DNA of 64,000 nucleotides from Patescibacteria group bacterium (GTDB taxonomy: Bacteria > Patescibacteriota > Minisyncoccia > Minisyncoccales > UBA5738), in the NCBI GenBank assembly GCA_034678605.1, contig JAXDBQ010000039.1, forward strand, positions 1,172 to 65,171. The letters run 5' to 3'. Position numbers and translations under genes: made by a program. Below are positions 42,587-51,831 of the stretch, piece by piece (the stretch's first letter is position 1; the number at the start of each line of letters is the position of its first letter). The notes under the pieces are model-generated. The model did not search any database and was not told the DNA's origin. It saw nothing but the letters and a program-made list of their open reading frames with translations.

Positions 42587-45103
42587 ATGCTTTTATTTTT
42601 TAAAAAGAAATTTATAATTTTAATTTTATTGGGATTAAGTTTTTTTTCATTGGTCTGTGGAGTTTTGGCGCAAGAGGGAGGCGCCAGCGGCGGTAGTGAT
42701 TCTTCGAGTGGGTCGAGTGGGGATGGGGACGCGGGCGGGACGGCGGGAGAAGAGGGAATGACGTTGGAAGAGAGGTTGGCGGAAATCAAGGCGCAATTTT
42801 TGCTTGATGGCGACGCGGCGGCGATGCAGCAGGCGTTATTGGATGTTGCCAATACCTATGACGTGGGCCAATATGAATCGACGCAGGCACTCTATGACCA
42901 AGCATGGGAACTCTCCACTAGCGGCAATTTAAATAATAACAACAGCGACAACAATCCGCCGCCGGCCGACCCTTCGGCCCAACCAACCCAAACTTCAAGC
43001 GGGCCGACGCAGACGGGAAGCGGAAACAGCGGGAGCGGCAATGTTCCGACAACGCCGGTGGTTTCGGGAGTTTTGTCGTTGGGCAACACTACGACGCCAA
43101 ATACGGCGTTGCTTGGAAGTCAAACGCAAACCGCTGATGATGAAACGAATGACGATCAAATAATTAGTTTAGGCAATCAAACAAAACCCGACATGGTTTA
43201 TTTGGGCGATCAATCAAATTCGGGAAGTCAAACGCCGGTTGTTTTGGGCAACCAAACCAAACCCAATCCGGTTTGTATCGGCAGCGCGTGCGCCAATCCG
43301 CCAACAAACACCGTGCCAACGAGCGGAGATGATGATTCTTGGCCGGATTTCCCTGATTATTATTATGATGATCCGAGCGATTATTATGTTCCGGCGGGTT
43401 CCGGTTCGGGATCGGGTTCAAGCAGCGGCAGTTATAATACAAATACAAATTCAAACACGAACACGAACACGAACACGAACACAAATACAAACACAAATAC
43501 AAACACAAACACCGGCAATATCAACAATACCAATGTCAATACAAACAATAATAGCGGTAATGTCGCGGTTCAAGAAGTTCCGGTGACGGCGGCGGATTTT
43601 AAGCCGGTGGCCGATCAAACCGCGGCGCTTTTGCTGGCGGCCAAGGGTAATGTTTTGGATTTGCGGGTGGCGGTTTCCGGCGCCCAAGCCGTGGTTTTTT
43701 ATATCGAAGGCGGGGCGTTGCCGGCCGCGCTTTATTTGGGCGCGGGAATATCGGCGGGAGATATTTGGGATTATCGGCTTGATCTTGGGTCGGCCGGAAT
43801 TCCCAACGGCAATTATTTTATTTGGGCGCAGGTGTCAAAAGGCGGCCAGGTATTTCGCACCAAAAAACAGCCGGTGGTGGTTAATGTGTTGGTGCCGGTT
43901 GACGCGGCCAAAATCAGTGATTTAAACAAGGACATTTCCCAATTGAAGACCGAAATTGTCGTCAACGAAAAAGAGGTCGGCCAAATCGTTTCCGCCGGAG
44001 AAGGTGATATCGCGGCCAAGATCGGCGATGAATCGATGGCAAAAACCATCCGCGCGATCGCCAAAATAATGCAAGAAATTCAAGGGTTGGGCGATGATTT
44101 GGCCGAAACCTCGCGAAAATTCGCCGAGGTCAATCAAAAGATCAAACAAATAAAATTAGAGATTGATTCGCTTGTCGACGATACTCTTGATTTGATCAAA
44201 AACGATAAATCGCGCGCGTTGGACGAATTAAATCGCCAAGCCGCGGTTTTTGAAAAAGAAATCGCGCGGATCAATGCCGCGATCAAAAACAAGAACGGCC
44301 AAAAGGACGCGTTGATCGCCCAAATTTTGGCCGCGGCTCGAAAAAACGGCAATGAAGCCGAAGTTTCGCGTTGGCTGGCGGATTTTGAAAATTCGATCAA
44401 ACAAAAAGAAAAGCAAATCGCCGACAATAAAAAAGCGCTGGCCAAAGACAGCGACGGCGATGGACTTAGCGACGAACGGGAAGCGGCGCTGGGCACCGAT
44501 CCGTTCAATCCCGACAGCGACGGCGACAGCATTCTTGACGGCGATGAAGTTTCGGCGGGCTTTAATCCGTTAAAGCCCGATATTTTTTCCAATATCAAAT
44601 ACAGCAATCCGCGATTGGTTGATCCCTACAAAACCGACATCTATCGGTTTGATGAAAAAGACGCGGTGCGGGCGGTGAAATTGGCCAACGGCAAAACCGG
44701 CATTCAATTCAAGGGTTGGGGTTTGCCCAATTCCTATGTGACGCTTTTTGTTTATTCGGCGCCGGTGATCGTGGTGGTGAAAACCGATGGCGCGGGCCGC
44801 TGGACCTACACATTGAACCAGCCGATCGATGACGGCCAGCACACCGCCTACGCGGCGCTCACCGATGGCTTGGGGCAAATAAAGGCGCGGTCGGAGGTTT
44901 TGGTGTTCATCAAAAAAGGCGATTTCGTGGCGCGGGTCACTTCCAACCAAGAGGCCTCGATGGAAGCGGCCGCGCAAAAAATGAAAAGCGATTTTGGATT
45001 GTTCTTGTTTTTTGGCATCGCGGCCGCGGTGGTCGCGGCGATGGCGATTATCGGTTACGTGGCGGGACGGCAAGGCGGCAACGAAGCCGATCAAGGTTTA
45101 TGA
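42587..45103 (+). CDS. Large cell-surface protein: signal peptide, S/G/N/T low-complexity region with an (NT)n tract, coiled coil, thrombospondin-type-3-like Ca-binding repeats, C-terminal TM anchor
   Basis: MLLFFKKKFIILILLGLSFF signal; NTNTNSNTNTNTNTNTNTNTNTNT; DSDGDGLSDEREAALGTDPFNPDSDGDSILDGDE; C-terminal FGLFLFFGIAAAVVAAMAIIGYV. Confidence 0.6.
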   Translation: MLLFFKKKFIILILLGLSFFSLVCGVLAQEGGASGGSDSSSGSSGDGDAGGTAGEEGMTLEERLAEIKAQFLLDGDAAAMQQALLDVANTYDVGQYESTQALYDQAWELSTSGNLNNNNSDNNPPPADPSAQPTQTSSGPTQTGSGNSGSGNVPTTPVVSGVLSLGNTTTPNTALLGSQTQTADDETNDDQIISLGNQTKPDMVYLGDQSNSGSQTPVVLGNQTKPNPVCIGSACANPPTNTVPTSGDDDSWPDFPDYYYDDPSDYYVPAGSGSGSGSSSGSYNTNTNSNTNTNTNTNTNTNTNTNTNTGNINNTNVNTNNNSGNVAVQEVPVTAADFKPVADQTAALLLAAKGNVLDLRVAVSGAQAVVFYIEGGALPAALYLGAGISAGDIWDYRLDLGSAGIPNGNYFIWAQVSKGGQVFRTKKQPVVVNVLVPVDAAKISDLNKDISQLKTEIVVNEKEVGQIVSAGEGDIAAKIGDESMAKTIRAIAKIMQEIQGLGDDLAETSRKFAEVNQKIKQIKLEIDSLVDDTLDLIKNDKSRALDELNRQAAVFEKEIARINAAIKNKNGQKDALIAQILAAARKNGNEAEVSRWLADFENSIKQKEKQIADNKKALAKDSDGDGLSDEREAALGTDPFNPDSDGDSILDGDEVSAGFNPLKPDIFSNIKYSNPRLVDPYKTDIYRFDEKDAVRAVKLANGKTGIQFKGWGLPNSYVTLFVYSAPVIVVVKTDGAGRWTYTLNQPIDDGQHTAYAALTDGLGQIKARSEVLVFIKKGDFVARVTSNQEASMEAAAQKMKSDFGLFLFFGIAAAVVAAMAIIGYVAGRQGGNEADQGL
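43436..43512 (+). repeat. Hexanucleotide microsatellite (aacacg/aacaca/aataca units) inside the surface-protein CDS
   Basis: aacacg x4 at 43454-43477, followed by alternating aacaca/aataca units. It encodes the (NT)n tract. Confidence 0.85.
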
Positions 45104-46494
45104 TCAAAGATATTTTTAAGAACGCGTTTGTTTTCATTCAAAAAAATCCGGCGATTTTGCTGTCTTTGGCGTTGCTGATCATAATTCCGCTGGCGCTTTA
45201 TTTTTATGCTTTTCGCGTCGTGGGCCAATTTAAAAACATCATCGCTGATGAGATCGAGGCCAATGCCGCGACCGCCAAGGAAACCTTGCGGATTTTGGTG
45301 GAAAGGGATTTTCCGGCCGCGGGCAAGGCAAACGCGCCGGCGCTCCAAAAAGCGATCGACCGGATCGCGGCCGAGGAAATCCGATTGAAAAACATCCGAG
45401 TGATCGTCAAAGACGCTTCCGGCTATCGGGCGATCGCCGCTCAAGTTCCCGAAGCGATCGGCCAGCCGATCGATGTGTCGCCGTCTTTCAACGGTGAAAC
45501 GTTGATTGCTTTGGGTTGGGTGAACGTGAATGAAAACGTGGGGTCGGAAATCGAGATCGATGGCCAAAAATACCGGCGCGTGGTCAAGATTTTTATCGAT
45601 GATGAAACCGGCGAGGTCTATGCGCTGGCTACCGCCGATATTGCCATCAATCGGCCGTTGCGGATGATCGCGGCCGCGATCTATGAAAGCTACGCGGTGA
45701 TCGCGGCGATTATTTTGCTGAATTTGGTTTTTGTTTTTCAGCATGCCAAGTTGTTCACCTATGTTGATCGGACGCGGCGCTTGCAAGATGAAAACAAAGC
45801 CAAAGATAATTTTATCCGCATGGCCACCCATGAATTGCGCAGTCCGGTGACGGTGTTAAACGCCTATACTGAGTCGCTCAAAGAAGAATTATTGCCCATT
45901 GCCGATGATAATCAACGGCAATACATCGATCGCATGGCGCTGTCGGTTAAAAATTTGAGCGATTTGATGGAAGACATTTTGGAAGTGTCGCATTTGCAGC
46001 AGGGGCGCACGGATTTCGCGCCCGAACCGATCGCGCCCGACCAGGTGGTCAAGGAGATCGTTGACGGCATCCGCCACAAAGCCGAGGCCAAGGGCTTGGC
46101 GTTGATGTTTGACGCGGCCAATTTCAATGACCGCAAGATCAGCGCCAATCCGGTGTGTTTCAAGCGAATCGTCACCAATTTGGTGGAAAACGCGGTGAAA
46201 TACACGCCGGCCGGCAAGGTGATGGTGGCCGTGATCGCGCAAACCGCCAAAAAGCGGTGCTTGATCTTGGTGCAGGACACCGGATTTGGAATTTCGGCCG
46301 AAGGGCAGGAACATTTGTTCCAGCAATTTTATCGCGTCAAAACGCAAGCCAATGCCGGCATTCCGGGCACCGGTTTAGGATTGTGGATGTCGCGGGAAAT
46401 GGCGCGCAAAATGGGCGGCGACATTTTGCTGGAAAGCATCGAGCAAATGGGATCAAGATTTTTCGTTTATTTTCCGCTGGCCGACAAAGCGTAA
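45100..46494 (+). CDS. Sensor histidine kinase (two TM segments, periplasmic-type loop, HisKA + HATPase_c)
   Basis: H-box MATHELRSPVT, N-box LVENAVKYT, G-boxes DTGFGI and GTGLGLW. The ATGA start overlaps the preceding gene. Confidence 0.85.
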   Translation: MIKDIFKNAFVFIQKNPAILLSLALLIIIPLALYFYAFRVVGQFKNIIADEIEANAATAKETLRILVERDFPAAGKANAPALQKAIDRIAAEEIRLKNIRVIVKDASGYRAIAAQVPEAIGQPIDVSPSFNGETLIALGWVNVNENVGSEIEIDGQKYRRVVKIFIDDETGEVYALATADIAINRPLRMIAAAIYESYAVIAAIILLNLVFVFQHAKLFTYVDRTRRLQDENKAKDNFIRMATHELRSPVTVLNAYTESLKEELLPIADDNQRQYIDRMALSVKNLSDLMEDILEVSHLQQGRTDFAPEPIAPDQVVKEIVDGIRHKAEAKGLALMFDAANFNDRKISANPVCFKRIVTNLVENAVKYTPAGKVMVAVIAQTAKKRCLILVQDTGFGISAEGQEHLFQQFYRVKTQANAGIPGTGLGLWMSREMARKMGGDILLESIEQMGSRFFVYFPLADKA

Positions 46495-46544
46495 AAGTTA
46501 AAGCGAAAAGCGTAAAGTAAAATGCAGAAGTTGAATTTTGCGTT

Positions 46545-46584
46545 CGAGGTGAATCCTTGACGAGCGCGGCAAGGATTCACCTCG
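46545..46584. repeat. R3-like GC hairpin inserted in a family-B arm
   Basis: gaggtgaatccttg acgagcgcgg caaggattcacctc (14-bp stem). It is flanked by aaagcgaaaagcgtaaagtaaaatgcag and ttggatttgcattttt. Confidence 0.65.
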
Positions 46585-46725
46585 CCAAACTTGGATTTGC
46601 ATTTTTAGTTATTTGGTGCTAAAAAATTATCATCGCTCTTTTAAAACCAAAGCCATTGGAGGCAACGATAAGTCCGTTTACGCGGTTTTATCACTGTTTC
46701 CTATGGGGGGCAAGGAGGAGGTGAA

Positions 46726-46782
46726 AATGAGAAAGATGATTGCTGTTTTGGTAATTATTGCTATGGCCATGGCTGGAGCGTA
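46726..46782 (+). CDS. Possible 18-aa hydrophobic micropeptide (MRKMIAVLVIIAMAMAGA)
   Basis: Strong SD aaggaggaggtg lies 4-5 nt upstream of the ATG. It is below the ORF-track size cutoff and has no other support. Confidence 0.25.
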
Positions 46783-46945
46783 GAACTTCCATTATTTCGC
46801 TTTGGCTGCACATAGCAAAAAATTAATCAATTTCAGCTTTTTTTAATAAACAAATTAATTTTAATTTAGTGCATATATCAGAAACTATTTTGGAATTGCT
46901 TTAACAAAAATTGGCGTAATCGCCAGTTTTTGTTAAAGTGGGCTT

Positions 46946-48157
46946 ATGAAGACCGGAGTTGCCACCGTGCCGCTGGATTGGGGGCGGTGCCCCCGCTGGC
47001 TGTTCGAACGGATGACGCGCCTGGGGCGCGGGATTTGCGTTGCCATCGTGGAAGAATTCGGCTCGGAAGAATTGTTGAAACGTTTGTCGGATCCGGCGTG
47101 GTTCCAATCGTTGGGGTGCGTAATGGGATTCGATTGGAATTCGTCGGGGTTGACCGTGACCACGATGGGCGCGCTAAAGGAAGCGGTCAAGGGCATGGAA
47201 ACCGATCTGGGATTCTATGTTTGCGGCGGCAAGCGCGTGTCGCGCCGCACCCCCGAAGAAACGCTTGCTTGGGGCCAATTTTTGGGCTGGAGCGAAAGCA
47301 AAACCGGTAGCTTGGTCAACGCTTCCAAAATGGCGGCCAAGGTTGATTCGGCGCTGATTCAAGACGGATTTTCGATTTACGCCCATAATTTGTTGTTCAC
47401 GAATTCCGGCAAGTGGGCGGTGATCCAGCAAGGGATGAATGTTGGTCTGCAGAAAGCGCGGCGTTACCATTGGTTGGGCGACGGCGTGAATGATTTTACT
47501 GTTGAGCCGCATTCGGGCATTGCCAGCGACGCGCGCTTGAAATCGCTCAATCTCACGGCCAAGGAAAGCGGGGAGAACAAGGAAATTTCCGCCGAAATGG
47601 TGAAACTTGAGCCGGACGCGTTTTTGAAAAATTTCAAAAGCGCGGCGCAGGCGGTTTCAAAAAATATGCCCCGCCTGAAAGGCGAGGCTCGCCCCTTGGG
47701 GGCGGCCGTTGCCAATCCCAACGGTTCGAGCTTGGGGCGCCAAAGCCGCTTGCCCGGGTTTTCCGAAATGGAACTCAACGATGTGGAATTCCATTGGCAT
47801 CCGGTGGCGGCTGAAAAATTCGATCTAAAACGGCTCAAAAAAACCATTGAATTGGCGCATTTCCAAGCGCCGGAAAATTTCACGCAATTGTTGGCCGGCC
47901 AAGGTATCGGGCCAAAGACCATTCGCGCGTTGTCGCTGGTGGCCGAGATTATTTATGGCGCCAAGCCGTCCTATGAAGATCCGGCGCGTTATTCGTTTGC
48001 GGTGGGCGGCAAAGACGGCACGCCGTTTCCGGTGGATCGCAAGACCTACGACCAAATGCTGGGTGCCATGGAGCGGGGAATCCGCCAAAGCCAAATGCGG
48101 CAAGTCGAGATCGACCGGGCCCAGCGCCGCTTGGAAACCATAACCTATCCGTTTTGA
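46946..48157 (+). CDS. DUF763-family protein
   Basis: The N-terminus MKTGVATVPLDWGRCPRWLFERMTRLGRGI...LSDPAWFQSLGCVMGFDWNSSGLT matches my recollection of DUF763. It contains an in-frame G-element at 47669-47705. Confidence 0.55.
   Translation: MKTGVATVPLDWGRCPRWLFERMTRLGRGICVAIVEEFGSEELLKRLSDPAWFQSLGCVMGFDWNSSGLTVTTMGALKEAVKGMETDLGFYVCGGKRVSRRTPEETLAWGQFLGWSESKTGSLVNASKMAAKVDSALIQDGFSIYAHNLLFTNSGKWAVIQQGMNVGLQKARRYHWLGDGVNDFTVEPHSGIASDARLKSLNLTAKESGENKEISAEMVKLEPDAFLKNFKSAAQAVSKNMPRLKGEARPLGAAVANPNGSSLGRQSRLPGFSEMELNDVEFHWHPVAAEKFDLKRLKKTIELAHFQAPENFTQLLAGQGIGPKTIRALSLVAEIIYGAKPSYEDPARYSFAVGGKDGTPFPVDRKTYDQMLGAMERGIRQSQMRQVEIDRAQRRLETITYPF
47669..47705. repeat. G-family GC mini-palindrome (core ggcgaggctcgcc) inside the DUF763 CDS
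   Basis: ccccgcc tgaaa ggcgaggctcgcc ccttgg gggcgg. It encodes ..PRLKGEARPLGAA.. in frame. Confidence 0.75.
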
Positions 48158-48177
48158 ATTTGTATTTGCATTTGAAT

Positions 48178-48277
48178 CCGTAGGGGCGATTCTATGTAAT
48201 CGCCCGTATTGTAACGCTCGCATCCGTTTATGTAATTGATAGAATTCAAATACGGGCGAAAACATAGTTTCGCCCCT
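48178..48277. repeat. R1 REP-like double-hairpin element, copy a
   Basis: gtaggggcgattctatgtaatcgccc ... gggcgaaaacatagtttcgcccctac. It is flanked by gaatttgtatttgcatttg and gaatgcaaaatga tails. Confidence 0.85.
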
Positions 48278-48365
48278 ACGAATGCAAAATGAAAAACTAT
48301 TCTTCCAATAACGCGCAAAAAGGCAAGTTGGCCTATCGCACTCCCAGCCGCTTTATATATCAAAA

Positions 48366-48965
48366 ATGTCTCAACGCTCAAAAAACAAGAATCCGGAAAG
48401 GCAAAACAAATTGGAGCAAATCGCCCAAGAAATAAGCGTTTGCCGAAAGTGCCGTTTAGCCATTACCCGGAACAAGACCGTGCCCGGAGAAGGGGGCGCC
48501 GAAGCGGAATTTTTTGTGATCGGCCAGGGTCCGGGCGCCAAAGAGGATAGAACCGGCCGGCCGTTTTGCGGCCGTTCGGGGCAATTGCTCACGGAATTGC
48601 TGGCGCTGGCCGGCATTGACCGCCAAAAGCAAACTTTTATCACTTCAATCGTGAAATGTTTGCCCACGCCGCCGTTGAATCGCAAGCCCAAATCGGATGA
48701 GATTGCCGCTTGTCATGATTTTTTGATGGAGCAGCTGGAAATTGTTGGCGCCAAGAAAATAATTTTGCTGGGAGACGCGGCGTTTAAGCAATTTTTTCCG
48801 CACGATAAATTTTCCGACTGGCGGGGAAAATGGCGCCAGAAAGCCGGCAAGCGATATTTTGTTTCCTACCATCCGGCCGCCGGCATCCGATTTGTGAAAT
48901 TCAAAAAGATCCTTGAATCCGATTTTTCGAATTTGCATTTAACCCGTAGGGGCGATTCTGTGTAA
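48366..48965 (+). CDS. Uracil-DNA glycosylase, family 4
   Basis: CRKCRL...VPGEGGAEAEFFVIGQGPGAKEDRTGRPFCGRSGQLL, YHPAA. The last 6 codons and the stop (TRRGDSV*) are supplied by repeat R1-b. Confidence 0.85.
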   Translation: MSQRSKNKNPERQNKLEQIAQEISVCRKCRLAITRNKTVPGEGGAEAEFFVIGQGPGAKEDRTGRPFCGRSGQLLTELLALAGIDRQKQTFITSIVKCLPTPPLNRKPKSDEIAACHDFLMEQLEIVGAKKIILLGDAAFKQFFPHDKFSDWRGKWRQKAGKRYFVSYHPAAGIRFVKFKKILESDFSNLHLTRRGDSV

Positions 48966-49029
48966 TCGCCCGCATTCGAATTTTATAATTTACGTAATTG
49001 CAAGGGCGAAAACATAGTTTCGCCCCTAC
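48946..49029. repeat. R1 REP-like element, copy b
   Basis: gtaggggcgattctgtgtaatcgcccgc ... gggcgaaaacatagtttcgcccctac. Confidence 0.85.
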
Positions 49030-49042
49030 AATACAAACACGA

Positions 49043-49399
49043 ATGGAACTCTCCGCCTTTGAAAAACTCGTTGCCGCGGTCGCCGAAGAGCTGCCGCAAA
49101 ACATCAAAGACGCGTTGGAAAACGTGGCCATTGTGATCGACGAAAAGCCGCGGCGCAACAATTTACTGGGGTTGTATGAAGGTATTCCCCAGAATCAGTG
49201 GGGGAAAAATGATGCCCTGCGCTTGCCCGACAAGATCACGATCTTCAAGGCCGCCATCGAGCAGGATGCCAAAACTCCGGAAAAAATAAAAGAACTGGTC
49301 AAGATCGTGGTTTGGCATGAGATCGCCCACCACTTCGGCTTCGATGAACCCCAAACCCGCCGCCTCGAGCGCAACTGGCGCCATGGCTTGACAAAATGA
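49043..49399 (+). CDS. Zinicin-like metallopeptidase family protein (DUF1025-like)
   Basis: VVWHEIAHHFGFDE (HExxH). Size and layout fit the family. Confidence 0.7.
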   Translation: MELSAFEKLVAAVAEELPQNIKDALENVAIVIDEKPRRNNLLGLYEGIPQNQWGKNDALRLPDKITIFKAAIEQDAKTPEKIKELVKIVVWHEIAHHFGFDEPQTRRLERNWRHGLTK

Positions 49400-49614
49400 G
49401 AATTTTAGTTTAATTATTTTAATTAAAGAGGTGGTTTTGAAAATGATGAGGATTTGCTTGCCAGTGGAAGATAGATCTTTAATAGCAAAATTCGGACAAG
49501 AATTTTTTATGGATGGCAAATTGACGCGTTTTGTTTTTTGTTCACGCATTACAAGATTGGCGAGAAAAAATTGGAAAAATAAAATTGAACGTCGGAGGGC
49601 GCGAGGATCTTGAT

Positions 49615-51246
49615 TTACTCGCGTATTTTTTTTACCATATAGGTTTTCTGCAATTTATAGCCGTTTTTGCGCCAGTATTGGCGCGCGCCCACGCCCGAGA
49701 TTGCGGCGATTTTTTTTGCGCCAAATTCGGTTTTAGCGACGTGCTCGGCTTCTTTAATTAATTTTTTTCCCAATCCGGTGTGCTGGGCCGCCGATAGGCG
49801 AGCCTCGCCCTTTGGGCGGGCCGATTCGCTTTTTAATTCAATTGGAATTTGCAATCCATAAGTATGTATTTCCCGAATTATCGCGTTTGTATTTTTTGGT
49901 AGGGGCGATTCTGTGTAATCGCCCGCATTTGATATCCTCAATCGCAAAAGCGAAAATAATTTTGTCTTGCTTTCATTCTCAAACGACAAAAATATCTCCA
50001 ATCCGCCCGATGCCTCATAATCGCGCCGCGTCAAGATTATTTTTTTGTTTGGATCATATCCGCCTTTGACCTCGCGGCAGCGGATGCAGGCGCAATGCCA
50101 ATTTTCTATTTCCATGTCGCGGCTAATTATCTGGCGCAAATTGGAAATTTGCTTGGTGCCGGCGGTGATGCGCGGGGAGGGGATATCGCGGATGATGCGC
50201 TCGATCCTGACATAAGGAGGGACGATTTTTTTGATCTCTTTGACGACTTCGACTAATTTTTCATCCGAATAGGGTTGGTATTTTCCGCTTTGGTAGATTT
50301 CATAGAGCGGCGCTTCTTTCAAAACCGCGCATGGATAGATTTTCAGAAGATCCGGGCAAAAATTTTGATCGGAAAACAGGATTTTAGCCATTTCAATGTC
50401 GCGTTGTGACGACGAACCAAAAAGATTGAGCATGATCTGGTAGGAAACCTTAAAGCCGGCGTTTTTTAGTAATTTCGTGGCGGCAATTGTGGCGTCAATT
50501 TTGTGGCCGCGGTTATTTGATTTCAAAACATCGTCATAGATGCTTTGAATTCCCAATTCCACGCGCGTCACGCCCAAATCGCGCAAACGCAAAATTTCTT
50601 TTTCATCGATGTGGTCCGGCCGGGTTTCGACCGAAATTCCCACAATGCGGCATTTGGCATTTTCATTTTTTTTCTGCTCGGCTTCCAAATTTAAATTCAC
50701 AGGGTTCCGATTCCTTTTGCAAAGATCGTTGCCGGCGGCAAAGCAGGCGGCGATGAATTTGGTTTGATAGGCCTTGGGATAAAAGCTCCAGGTGCCGCCG
50801 ATCACGCGCAGTTCCACTTTGTCGATGTTGTGGCCCTCGGCGGCCAGATTTTCCAGGCGTTTTTTGACTTGGACATAGGGGTCGAATTTCAAAAGTCGGG
50901 CGCGTTCGGCCGCCGGTTCCCCCGAAAGATAGCTTTTTGGGAATCCGGGCTCGCTGGGGCAATAAAGGCAATTTCCCGGGCAGGGATAGGGCTTGGTGAG
51001 CACTGAAACGTTCACGATGCCCGACAGCGACCGCACCGGCCGCACCCGCAGCAACTCTTTGAGGCGGCAAGTGTAGCAAGGTTTCACCTTGCTACACTTC
51101 AAAGCAGCCAGCAGGGAGATGTTGTCCGGATAGGGGATTTTCATTTCCTTGGCGGCTTGCCGCTTGAACGCCTCCAACTCGGCTTTGGTTTTCGGATTTG
51201 CCGCCACCAATTTTTCCGCAATAATTTGGTTGATTTGTTTTTCCAT
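49615..51246 (-). CDS. elp3: Elp3-like radical-SAM/GNAT tRNA-modification enzyme
   Basis: CPGNCLYCPSEPGFPKSY radical-SAM cluster region, VELGIQS, LRLR...IREIHTYG, and a C-terminal GNAT (QHTGLGKKLIKEAE). It contains an R1 half-element (49899-49926) and a G-element (49786-49822) in frame. Confidence 0.85.
   Translation of the reverse strand: MEKQINQIIAEKLVAANPKTKAELEAFKRQAAKEMKIPYPDNISLLAALKCSKVKPCYTCRLKELLRVRPVRSLSGIVNVSVLTKPYPCPGNCLYCPSEPGFPKSYLSGEPAAERARLLKFDPYVQVKKRLENLAAEGHNIDKVELRVIGGTWSFYPKAYQTKFIAACFAAGNDLCKRNRNPVNLNLEAEQKKNENAKCRIVGISVETRPDHIDEKEILRLRDLGVTRVELGIQSIYDDVLKSNNRGHKIDATIAATKLLKNAGFKVSYQIMLNLFGSSSQRDIEMAKILFSDQNFCPDLLKIYPCAVLKEAPLYEIYQSGKYQPYSDEKLVEVVKEIKKIVPPYVRIERIIRDIPSPRITAGTKQISNLRQIISRDMEIENWHCACIRCREVKGGYDPNKKIILTRRDYEASGGLEIFLSFENESKTKLFSLLRLRISNAGDYTESPLPKNTNAIIREIHTYGLQIPIELKSESARPKGEARLSAAQHTGLGKKLIKEAEHVAKTEFGAKKIAAISGVGARQYWRKNGYKLQKTYMVKKIRE
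49786..49822. repeat. G-family GC mini-palindrome inside the elp3 CDS
   Basis: ggccgcc gata ggcgagcctcgcc ctttg ggcgggcc. It encodes ..SARPKGEARLSAA.. on the minus strand. Confidence 0.75.
49899..49926. repeat. R1 half-element (single hairpin) inside the elp3 CDS
   Basis: gtaggggcgattctgtgtaatcgcccgc. It encodes ..AGDYTESPLP.. on the minus strand. Confidence 0.75.
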
Positions 51247-51282
51247 AACTTGAAATTATATGATTTTGGGATAAAGTCAAAA

Positions 51283-51378
51283 TATAAAATCGTAAAGCGA
51301 AAAGTGTAAAGTGAAAAACAAGATGCGGTATCCGTATTTTTGTTTTGCGCTTTGCGCTTTAAGTTTTTCGCTAAAAAC
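51283..51378. repeat. Word-hairpin family B in the divergent elp3/ybaB spacer
   Basis: aaatcgtaaagcgaaaagtgtaaagtgaaaaacaagatgcgg | tatccgtatttttgttttgcgctttgcgctttaagtttttcgc. Confidence 0.8.
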
Positions 51379-51636
51379 ATGTTCGAGAAACTTCAGCAGA
51401 TCAAAAAATTGCAGGAGATCCAAAGCGCGTTGAAAAACGTCAAAATCGATTCCGAAAGGAACGGCGTGAAAATTTATTTGAACGGCAAATTGGAAGTCGA
51501 GGATGTGGAATTGAATCCGGCGCTGTCGATTCCCGATCAGGAAAAGGCGGTGAAAGATTGCTTCAACGATGTGATGAAAAAGGCCCAAATGGAAGTGGCC
51601 AAGAAGATGCAAGGGATGGGAGGTTTTGGCTTGTAA
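51379..51636 (+). CDS. ybaB: YbaB/EbfC nucleoid-associated protein
   Basis: MFEKLQQIKKLQEIQSALKN ... DVMKKAQMEVAKKMQGM. Size and heptad pattern are typical. Confidence 0.8.
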   Translation: MFEKLQQIKKLQEIQSALKNVKIDSERNGVKIYLNGKLEVEDVELNPALSIPDQEKAVKDCFNDVMKKAQMEVAKKMQGMGGFGL

Positions 51637-51646
51637 GCCAAAACCG

Positions 51647-51825
51647 CAAATCCGAAGCACGAATATCGAAATTCGAAACAAATTCCGCGCCCGAGGCGCG
51701 TCCGCTTTCAGCGGAAAATTTTCAAAATTTAAATTTTCAAAACAAAATGCGCATTTGTTTTTAACATTTGAAAATTGAGATTTTGATATTGTTTCGGATT
51801 TCGACATTCGATATTTAAATATTTC
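51647..51825. repeat. Word-hairpin family A, copy A6, carrying a GC twin-mini-hairpin insert (G2)
   Basis: aaatccgaagcacgaatatcgaaattcgaaacaaatt [ccgcgcccgaggcgcg tccgctttcagcgga, 51685-51716] aaattttcaaaatttaaatttt ... gattttgatattgtttcggatttcgacattcgatattt. Confidence 0.8.
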
Positions 51826-51831
51826 TTTTTT

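Noticed and set aside
49927-49968. I considered whether a second (right) half of an R1 element lies inside elp3.
   Set aside because: The weak similarity (gcgaaaataattttg) falls in DNA encoding the conserved Elp3 KLFSLLRLR block. It is more likely genuine coding sequence, so only the left hairpin (49899-49926) is claimed.
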